A stretch of 33,767 nt of DNA. Origin: Candidatus Hadarchaeota archaeon (lineage in GTDB: Archaea; CAYQAE01; CAYVLA01). Positions within the stretch are counted from its first letter, which is position 1. The number at the start of each line of letters is the position of its first letter. The position numbers and the translations under genes were made by a program. Of this stretch, positions 20,326 through 27,907 are shown in pieces. The notes under the pieces are model-generated. The model worked only from the letters and a program-made list of their open reading frames with translations, did not search any database and was not told the origin of the DNA. The stretch lies in NCBI GenBank assembly GCA_964621445.1, contig CAZUNO010000027.1:1-33767 (forward strand). The letters run 5' to 3'.

Positions 20326-20419
20326 TCCATCAAGGTACCACATCTTGGGGTCGCAGCGGAGCGTGACCCAGGTCGGCCAAACCTCGCAGAGATCCCCCCT
20401 TAGGGACATGAGCATACAT

Positions 20420-21877
20420 TCAACACATCATGAGAAAGGCCCATAGGGGAATGTAGACGACCTCTCCCGTGAAGGAGAACCTATCTCTCGTTACCATAAC
20501 GCTGAAGGGGGGGTGGTGTTCTTCGGAAAAGGATCTTATTCCGCGTAGATTCCCGTGAGTGATATCGCCTTGGTACTTGACCTCGATGGGAATTGGCTTG
20601 CCTCCGATGTCGATGACGATGTCGACCTCGGTTTTGGGGTCACGCCAATAGTAGACCTGTGGGTCCATCTGACGGGTAGTGTTGAAGATTAATCTCCTGC
20701 AATGATCGTTGACCACGCTCTCAGCAATCCGGACGACCTCATCCTCCCGGAAAGGCTCTTCAATAATTCGCCCAGCGGCGGTGTTACATATCCCTGGGTC
20801 TCTGACAACGATCTTCCTGTCCTTTCTCAAGGGTTTGTAGGAGCTTTTCGAGTAATGCCTGCTTTCTGAGACCAGGAAGACGTCCTTCAAGTAGTCGATA
20901 TATGATCGAACGGTATCGGATTTTATCCCCAAATTATCGGCAAGATTTGGTACGTTGAACCTCTGGGAACTCTCGCGAGCCAGCAGAGTAAGGAGTTCCA
21001 CCATGGACCTTGGATTCCTGATACCGAAGAAACGCACAACATCCTTGTAGATGGTGAGATCTATATAGTCCCTGAGCTTGCGGCGCCGCTCCAACTTGGT
21101 TTCAAGGAATAGAAGCTCCGGATATCCCCCGAACCTAAGGTACTGATCCAGTACAATCTTGACTCCATCAGAGCACGGAAACAGATCTGGGATATCCTTC
21201 TCAAGGGCAGAGGCAAACACCTCGCATCTCCCCAGTTCCACCCCTTCCCGAAATGCGGCTCTCGCTTTCTTGCAGAAGTTCTGTAATCTTTCATCCTCCT
21301 CGGGAATCTTGAACCGAGCAACCTCCAGGAACTTAAGGGGCAGCATTATTCTGGGCGACATTCTTCCCACGAGTGCACTTGACCCGCCCCTGACAATATC
21401 CGTGGTCGAGGATCCCGAGATTATCAGTTTAAGATTCAAGCCCATATCGTACCATCTCTTTAGGTAGAGCTGCCACTGTGCAGTGTGGTGTATCTCGTCA
21501 AGGAAAGCATAACACGTATCGGATATCTGGTCTACGGGCTCACCAAGCACATTTCGGCAAAATACATCAAGCACCTCTTGAAGAGGCGACTCTCTCGGGA
21601 GCAGTGCTGGATCGTCAGCAGACAGATATAGGATTCTCTCGGGTTGGACTCCCCGCTCTATCAAGTTCTGAATAAGCTGATAGAGGAGGGTCGTCTTCCC
21701 GACCCTTCTAGGACCGACTATTGCCATTATGTCTTGGGTCTCGGCTTGAAGCTCCTCTCGATGATGGTGGAAGTCACGGCGTTTGAATTCCGGTGCCTTA
21801 TCCTCCGGAACGCTACCGGTTCTCCACCATGGATTACTGATGTGAAGCCACCGAAGAAGCTCCTGATTGCTATACAC
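20420..21877 (-). CDS. AAA+ ATPase, COG1373 type (AAA_14 + DUF4143)
   Basis: NPWW, GPRRVGKT, FLDEIH, SGSS, GGYPE, EVDIV...PIEVKY. Confidence 0.92.
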   Translation of the reverse strand: MYSNQELLRWLHISNPWWRTGSVPEDKAPEFKRRDFHHHREELQAETQDIMAIVGPRRVGKTTLLYQLIQNLIERGVQPERILYLSADDPALLPRESPLQEVLDVFCRNVLGEPVDQISDTCYAFLDEIHHTAQWQLYLKRWYDMGLNLKLIISGSSTTDIVRGGSSALVGRMSPRIMLPLKFLEVARFKIPEEDERLQNFCKKARAAFREGVELGRCEVFASALEKDIPDLFPCSDGVKIVLDQYLRFGGYPELLFLETKLERRRKLRDYIDLTIYKDVVRFFGIRNPRSMVELLTLLARESSQRFNVPNLADNLGIKSDTVRSYIDYLKDVFLVSESRHYSKSSYKPLRKDRKIVVRDPGICNTAAGRIIEEPFREDEVVRIAESVVNDHCRRLIFNTTRQMDPQVYYWRDPKTEVDIVIDIGGKPIPIEVKYQGDITHGNLRGIRSFSEEHHPPFSVMVTRDRFSFTGEVVYIPLWAFLMMC

Positions 21878-22561
21878 ATAGCAGGAGGTCCCTTACTACT
21901 TATAAATCCAGCCATTACGATGGTCCAAAAATAAATAATAAGACCAACACATTGGTTCAATCTAAGAGAAGAAAGCTTGATCGCCTCGAATTTGCCATAG
22001 AAGAGGGAAGATGACCATTCAAGGCCGCAGTCAGCATCCGAAATCTTCCAATCCACGGTTTCAGGTGTTCAGGGTAACGGCAAACGTATCGATGGAGGGC
22101 GGGAACCCTTCACTCCAACTATCTCTATAGGTTATCAGAGATCCCCGGCCCCGTATATATCAGAATAACTCAGGCCCCGATTACCGGGAATTCCCTCTCG
22201 GGACTTCTCTGATACAGTACTCTGAGCATTTCGAAAGAATATCAATGGGTATTGTCAGAAAACTATGTTCGGCTTAATTTTCGATCTGTGAAAGTCGGAG
22301 GAATCCCAGAGGCGGCGGAAAAATACGGGATCTAGGGGGTCCTCATCCACTATACGAACCTTAGACCTCCACGACAAGAAACATAGTCAAGAGTGACGTA
22401 AGATGAGCTAAAGACTTACTTTACCGATGACAGCTCGTAGTCTATCTCTTAGAGAAGTAGAAGAAAAAAAACTCCCCATTGTAGAACCCGCCGTGTCCAA
22501 CCGGTTCTGATAGTCATGGCCGGCTCTTATCAAATGACGGATAAGTATTCGGGTTTATCCT

Positions 22562-22594
22562 AAAAAAAAGATGGCCGAGGTTCCGGCCCTCGGC
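22562..22594 (-). terminator. Hairpin + oligo-T terminator of the PadR operon
   Basis: GCCGAGG-7nt-CCTCGGC stem followed by T8 on the minus strand. Confidence 0.5.
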
Positions 22595-22616
22595 AAGCCT
22601 GATATTATAGGAGCGC

Positions 22617-22862
22617 TTATTCGCTGATTTCCTCAAGGCGTTTCTCTATTTGCTCAAGACGCTTGGCAAGCATCTCCTTGTGTCTCTTTAGAGTCTCTGA
22701 CTCCTCCTCCAAAGTCATTTCCCCAGGGGAACACCCCATCGAGGGATGGCCCATATAGGTGTGGCCCATCACAGGTCCACAGCACCTGGCGTGGGCGTGA
22801 TGCCCGTGCATTCCACAGTCGGTTCTCATTTTCCTTATCACCTCCTCTTCTTTTTTTGCCAT
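22617..22862 (-). CDS. Small His/Cys-rich coiled-coil protein (DUF5320-like)
   Basis: CGMHGHHAHARCCG followed by an EEE...LK..KE.L..RL..IEKRL coiled coil. Confidence 0.75.
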   Translation of the reverse strand: MAKKEEEVIRKMRTDCGMHGHHAHARCCGPVMGHTYMGHPSMGCSPGEMTLEEESETLKRHKEMLAKRLEQIEKRLEEISE

Positions 22863-22883
22863 GCCCTGGTCACAACTATCAAA

Positions 22884-23309
22884 TTAATCGGCAAAATGCT
22901 TATCGTAAAAGGCGGACAGGTCGTCCAGAAGGGCCTTTCGCCAGATCATTATCTCCAGGCCGTACTTGAGGGATTCTTTCCCCCTCTCAGTAACACTGTA
23001 AGTCCTCCTGTCGTGTCCCGACTCTGTTCTCTCCCACTCTGATTTTACCAGCCTCTTGGCCTCCATTCTCCTCAGAATGGTGTATATTGCCCCGGGTTTT
23101 AGACGATCCTCCACAATAAAGTCGCGTTTCTCAAGTTCCTCCTTGAGCTGGTATCCATGCATAGGCTTCTCGTAAAGCAAGCGCAGGAAAAGAAACTGCA
23201 TCCAGCCCCTCTCAGGAAACCCGGGACCGTGATGATCCGGAGGGCAACCGGGATGTTCATGGGAGGCACACTTACAGGGGAGTTCGGGTCCAGAGTCACA
23301 TCCGCGCAT
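22884..23309 (-). CDS. PadR-family transcriptional regulator with Cys/His-rich N-terminus
   Basis: LLYEKPMHGYQL, PGAIYTILRRME, RRTYSVTERG. Confidence 0.9.
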   Translation of the reverse strand: MRGCDSGPELPCKCASHEHPGCPPDHHGPGFPERGWMQFLFLRLLYEKPMHGYQLKEELEKRDFIVEDRLKPGAIYTILRRMEAKRLVKSEWERTESGHDRRTYSVTERGKESLKYGLEIMIWRKALLDDLSAFYDKHFAD

Positions 23310-23330
23310 TCCGCTATCACAGAATAAAGG

Positions 23331-23356
23331 TAACAACGTTATGCATAAATATGTTA
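23331..23356. promoter_or_regulatory. Interrupted palindrome TAACA-acg-TTATGCATAA-ata-TGTTA over the PadR promoter
   Basis: Read directly; ~22-47 bp upstream of the ATG at 23309. Confidence 0.55.
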
Positions 23357-23689
23357 CTTTAAGTGTCTCCCTGGACCGGAAGTAGTCAAGATTACCTGCC
23401 TTCTCCTCCAGGCACTATTTGCCGGATGCCAGACCATACAATGGTCCGCGCAGGCCTATTTGGAGGAGATGCAGTTCAACAGCACGATTATGCGGGAACT
23501 CCTGAGGACAGCGCCCTTGGTCCCGTAGAGAAAAACTCCCGAGCGGGGTCCCATGACCACAACGGAATCGACGCTTCTTCTTCAGATCAAACGGCGTCGA
23601 GATCTGTCCTATGGAACTTGTCATCCCCCGGGCTTAAGACCTTCGGCCATTTAGGCGAGCGCTTTCGACCCCAGGTCCCCGTTTCCGGA

Positions 23690-23885
23690 TTTGACTCCAT
23701 TTTCCCTAATCTCGTGAAGAAGATCCAATCCACCTCCGGGCTGACTCGACAGCCTCCCTACCATCTTCTCGAACGCCTTGAACTTTTGTCTCTGGAGATG
23801 ACGGTGTCCCTGCATGTTCCAAGTCTCCTCGATTCCATGTATTCCCTATAAAGTTTCGCGTCGTCATCATCGCTAAGAAAATATC
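23690..23885 (-). pseudogene. C-terminal remnant of a DUF3368 PIN paralog of 9569-10099
   Basis: FLSDDDDAKLY...ISRDK..AFEKMV..CRVSPEVDWIFFTRL. Confidence 0.65.
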
Positions 23886-23919
23886 CTGGCTTAATGGGGA
23901 GCCCGCCGGGGGAGGAACT

Positions 23920-24290
23920 TGATCTTTCGTCCCTTTTGGATAGATAGGTGGGTATGTCTTGCTTGGTGTTTGGGGAGAATGGTCCGATCCTTCTCGCGTT
24001 CTCCCGATTTGACGAGGATGAGCTTGGACTCGCTGGCGAGATCTTAGATCCTGCGGTTGAGGGCCTCTGATATCCGCATTCCGGTTCCGTAGGGCAGGCC
24101 GAAGAGGATTGTTCCCTGGGGGTTGGTTCCGGACTACCCGAGAAGAGCGTCAATCCCTTCCCGGGTGAGGTAGATCGGCAGCTTCTTTGGTCTCCTGGGA
24201 AGCGGTATCGCCTCCGCCGGTCGGGGTCGATATTGCCTGTCTCCAGGAGGACGCGGTAGAGGGCCTTGGTATGCGCAACAAAACGGAGGC
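23920..24290 (-). pseudogene. Core fragment of an XerC/D(XerA)-like tyrosine recombinase
   Basis: KALYRVLLETGNI / PRRPKKLPIYLTREGIDALLG*...LPYGTGMRISEALNRRI*DLASESKLILVKSGEREKDRTILP. Confidence 0.8.
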
Positions 24291-24299
24291 CTGAATTAC

Positions 24300-24755
24300 G
24301 CCCGGACAATCGCCTTCACCGTTATGGCGGCATTCCAGTGGTTCCAGGCTTTAAATGCCCGATCCAACTACCAGTCGATCTTCTCGATCGGCGTGTTCAG
24401 TAACAGATACCTCCTTCTGGGTGTGGGAGCTGCGATCCTCCTCCAACTGGGAGCTGTGTACACCGCCGTTGGTCAGATGGTGTTCGGAACCCCGGGGATC
24501 TCCTGGGCGGACTGGCTCTGGATAGCGATGGTATCGAGCACGATCTGGGTGGCTGACGAGATGCTAAAGCGGCTAGAAGTATATGGCAACCCACATTCAA
24601 TTCAGGACGATTCAAAGAGAGGATGGAGTGATTCTCCTTACATCGTCGGCCGGGGAGATGAATGTAATTTGCCTTGCTTAAGATGCGGGATCTCGAGAAA
24701 CGATATGGTTCAAACTGCTATTTCTTTTCTGGGCAATGGACGGTCAAAGACATAA
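24300..24755 (+). pseudogene. C-terminal fragment of a P-type (Ca2+-type) cation ATPase
   Basis: ARTIAFTVMAAFQWFQALNARS...FSNRYL...DW...ADEMLK = Cation_ATPase_C; the N-terminal domains are absent. Confidence 0.8.
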
Positions 24756-25104
24756 CCTTGGGAGGCACCGCTCAAATGAGGTAACCATACTTAGGGGTTG
24801 CAGCCATCTTGGGGATATGACAGGCCTCAACATAGAATTAGTTCTCTGACTAGTTCTGCTTACTTATGGGGTTATCGGGGGAAAAACAAGAATTAGTAGA
24901 CTTTCTTGGACATGTAAATTGCGGGACAAAAAAGAGGTAAACAGACGGTCAGCTCGCACGGATCCTGCCGTAGGTCTATGTATGACCAACCTTGTTAACC
25001 GGCATGACGAAGGAGCAAACTGATGAATCTAACCCGATTCCTTCCCCTTCCCGGGCACATCCACGGACGATAAGGCCATACAGGCTGCGGACAGGTCGTG
25101 TCCA

Positions 25105-25947
25105 TCACCTATACCTCTCGTTTAGCCCGATCATGTTTGTCCTACCCATCCTGTGCTTGCTGACGATTCCTCTCGAGTTCAGTCCCTTAACTATCCTTGA
25201 CATGGTCGCATCCGAGAAATCTCCAATATCTCTGATCTCCGCCTGGGTCATATCCCCTCTATCGCGCAGGATCTCCACCACCCTTCTCTCATCCTCGCTC
25301 AGGACCTCCATCAACTCCTCCCTGCTTGGACCCCCCTTCCTCCAACGTCTGACCGCTAGGAAAACAAGGAAGCCCACAAGGAGAAAGAACAGACCCAGCG
25401 CAGAATAGAGATGAACCTCGTCCCAGCCCTTCGCCATGCCTACGGGGGATACGAGAGCGAGATCAACCCTGATCCCTGGCTGTGAAAGATTCACGCTTAC
25501 CGAACCGGTCCCCATAAACCTACCGTCGTTGGCATTGATCCGTAACAGATCCCCCTCTCCATACCCGCTGGAAAGCATGGAGAGGTCGACGATGTACTGA
25601 CCCTGCTCATTGGTATAGGTCGTCAACCACTCCCCAGTCCCCTCATTAATCACCGTCACAGAGACGCCGGAGCCCACATGGTTCCCCTCGCGGTCGCTAA
25701 CATAACCATAGATTGCAAAAGGATCCAGGATACGAGCTTGACCCAGACAAGGTAAACAAAGGAAAATAACCGCCAGAATGCAACATATCCTGCAAACCCC
25801 CTGGCCGATACTTGACACCTTTATTAGAGAGGGAGGGCGTGAAAACCAGCCAGGCCACGTCAAACCAGGTCCACCAAAATCGGAACCGAAAAACAAACTA
25901 GGATCGCCACCTTTCATAAGTCGACCCAGCAAAGAAAAATACGACAA
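25105..25947 (-). CDS. Single-pass membrane regulator: signal peptide + carboxypeptidase-regulatory-like ectodomain + TM + C-terminal winged HTH (COG2512-like); true start probably ~25818
   Basis: PFAIYGYV..TNEQGQY..GYGEGD ectodomain, TM LGLFFLLVGFLVFLAV-RRWRK, LSEDERRVVEIL..GDMTQAEI....SDATMSRIV..L..RGIV.K.RMGRTN. Confidence 0.85.
   Translation of the reverse strand: MSYFSLLGRLMKGGDPSLFFGSDFGGPGLTWPGWFSRPPSLIKVSSIGQGVCRICCILAVIFLCLPCLGQARILDPFAIYGYVSDREGNHVGSGVSVTVINEGTGEWLTTYTNEQGQYIVDLSMLSSGYGEGDLLRINANDGRFMGTGSVSVNLSQPGIRVDLALVSPVGMAKGWDEVHLYSALGLFFLLVGFLVFLAVRRWRKGGPSREELMEVLSEDERRVVEILRDRGDMTQAEIRDIGDFSDATMSRIVKGLNSRGIVSKHRMGRTNMIGLNERYR
25460..25671. repeat. 212-bp identical direct repeat, copy 1 (ectodomain)
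   Basis: Base-for-base identical to 27196-27407. Confidence 0.95.
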
Positions 25948-26383
25948 TCAAACCCGCCAAAAGTAGGGAGGGTGGGTTTCCAACCGTCATCTCCTTGTAC
26001 ACATCTATCATGATCCCGGGCTGCGATAGATCAACAACCCCTTCAGCCGAGCCATAGCCGGAGGGGTTTTGGGCCTCCACGAGTATGCGGTCGCCCTCCG
26101 AGTACCCGGTCGGAAGGGCTGAGATGTCGAAAACATACTTGCCCTCTTGATTAGTCCAGCCGCTCAGCTGTTCGACTGTGTCAAGGTTAGTGACTTCCAC
26201 CGCTACCCCCTCCCCAACTAGTTCATCCCAAGGATCGTACACCGACCCATAAACGGAGTAAGGATCCCTGGGCACGCTCGGAACATCCCGCATGGCAGTA
26301 TAACCCAACACCAGAAGAGTTGCAAAGAAAACCACTCCAAGCAACCCCCGTTCCAAACCAGTGCTCGAATTAAATTTCTTCAT
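25898..26383 (-). CDS. Membrane protein: N-terminal TM/signal + same ectodomain family + C-terminal TM, no cytoplasmic domain
   Basis: PYSVYGSV..VGEGVAVEVTN..TNQEGKY..GYSEGD..DLSQPGI; GGAGG/GAAGGTGG upstream of the ATG at 26383. Confidence 0.85.
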   Translation of the reverse strand: MKKFNSSTGLERGLLGVVFFATLLVLGYTAMRDVPSVPRDPYSVYGSVYDPWDELVGEGVAVEVTNLDTVEQLSGWTNQEGKYVFDISALPTGYSEGDRILVEAQNPSGYGSAEGVVDLSQPGIMIDVYKEMTVGNPPSLLLAGLIVVFFFAGSTYERWRS

Positions 26384-26420
26384 CAATGCCCACCTTCCGA
26401 CCTCCATCCATTCTCCAAAT

Positions 26421-27554
26421 TTACTCACCGCCCCTGTCGGGATGGTGCCTCCCTGATTCACCCCGCCAATCAGTATTGTTCATTTTCTGGAACCGCCGGG
26501 GCGACCTCGGGTGTTCTCCCTCCCCAAACTCGATCAATCGATCAAATAATCCCATCATCTCCGGGGAAAGCTTCTCAAATCTGACATTCGCCTCAACGAG
26601 CCACAGCGTCGTTATACCTTCTCGCCCAATCCTCTGCAGGCCCTGCGAAACGAGGTCCTTGATGTCAGAAGATGATTTGGCTTCTGCAAACACCGACAGA
26701 ACGTCAACAACTATGGTACGCGGCTGCCTCAGTATGGCCCTAGAGATGGCAATATTAATGCGGCGGCTTTCGGGCTCTGTCTCTATCAGGGTGAAGTCTT
26801 CTTTACCTTCAAAGCTTTTCCATCCCGATCCGTTGAAGCAGATCATAATCACCCTCTTGTCGAGAATCCCCCACCGGCGCATAAGGCTCACCAAGGATGG
26901 GATCTTGTTACATTTGGAAAGACCGGTTACGAGAAGCGAGGCACCCTCGAAAGTCTCCAACCTTCCACCCTCTGCTTCGCCCTCTCTGTGGTGGTGACCT
27001 TTCGGAACTCTTGCTGGCTTCCTCTCCGAGCGACCGTTCCGTTCCCCGGCATCGGGCTTTCGCTCCGCCGCCATCCTTCTCCTGAGAAACCCATAAGCGG
27101 TCCAAGCGACAAACAACGACGAGACCACCCCAATCGCGATTAGACCAAGGTACTGACTCCGCTTGTCTGCTAAGGGTAGTGGTGATAGAAGGGCAAGATC
27201 AACCCTGATCCCTGGCTGTGAAAGATTCACGCTTACCGAACCGGTCCCCATAAACCTACCGTCGTTGGCATTGATCCGTAACAGATCCCCCTCTCCATAC
27301 CCGCTGGAAAGCATGGAGAGGTCGACGATGTACTGACCCTGCTCATTGGTATAGGTCGTCAACCACTCCCCAGTCCCCTCATTAATCACCGTCACAGAGA
27401 CGCCGGAACCCACGGGGCGCTCCTCATCGCTCGTAACTAAACCATACACCGCATAGGGGTCTGGAATACCCAGCGTTGGACCTTGGGAAGCCAAAGCTAT
27501 CATGGACAGGGCCGCAAGACACAGCTGACGGATATTCTTCCAGCATGCAATCAT
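26421..27554 (-). CDS. Single-pass membrane protein: signal + same ectodomain + TM + degenerate KaiC/RAD55-like (RecA fold) domain
   Basis: GASLLVTGLSKCNK (decayed P-loop), IVVDVLS (Walker B-like), GITTLWLVE, FDRLIEF. Confidence 0.75.
   Translation of the reverse strand: MIACWKNIRQLCLAALSMIALASQGPTLGIPDPYAVYGLVTSDEERPVGSGVSVTVINEGTGEWLTTYTNEQGQYIVDLSMLSSGYGEGDLLRINANDGRFMGTGSVSVNLSQPGIRVDLALLSPLPLADKRSQYLGLIAIGVVSSLFVAWTAYGFLRRRMAAERKPDAGERNGRSERKPARVPKGHHHREGEAEGGRLETFEGASLLVTGLSKCNKIPSLVSLMRRWGILDKRVIMICFNGSGWKSFEGKEDFTLIETEPESRRINIAISRAILRQPRTIVVDVLSVFAEAKSSSDIKDLVSQGLQRIGREGITTLWLVEANVRFEKLSPEMMGLFDRLIEFGEGEHPRSPRRFQKMNNTDWRGESGRHHPDRGGE
27196..27407. repeat. 212-bp identical direct repeat, copy 2
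   Basis: Identical to 25460-25671. Confidence 0.95.
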
Positions 27555-27907
27555 GCTCCGTCGCCCCCAATTGGTTGACCCCTGATCAAACAAAACGAGA
27601 GGTCTGGAATGAAGCAGTGATCGGAGTCGACTGAAGGGTAATATTTCGAACATTAAAATTTTTTGCAAAATATAGAAATTATTGTTCCTTACTCCGCAGC
27701 CAGCTGCGCAGTTTTTGGTAAGCAGTGCATCTTTATTGTCGATATTTTTGCCTCCTGTTCAAAGCTATACTAATCTGGAACATCACCAACACGCAAGCCT
27801 CTCAACATATTCCCATCTGTGTTCCTCTAGATGACATGCACGAAGAGCTTGTTTTTTCAAAAAGGAGAGAGGATGTCCAGAAAGAAACATCCTCCCCGGA
27901 ACCGTGC

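Noticed and set aside
1-24300. Archaeal integron (the recombinase remnant YGTGMRISE..KDR resembles IntI)
   Set aside because: No recurring attC-like AAC...GTT hairpins seen, modules are in both orientations with their own promoters, and the C-terminal IYTH...HP is XerC/D-like; an IntegronFinder run would settle it
25460-27407. Diversity-generating retroelement TR/VR pair
   Set aside because: Copies are identical, with no adenine-specific mismatches, and no reverse transcriptase is in the window
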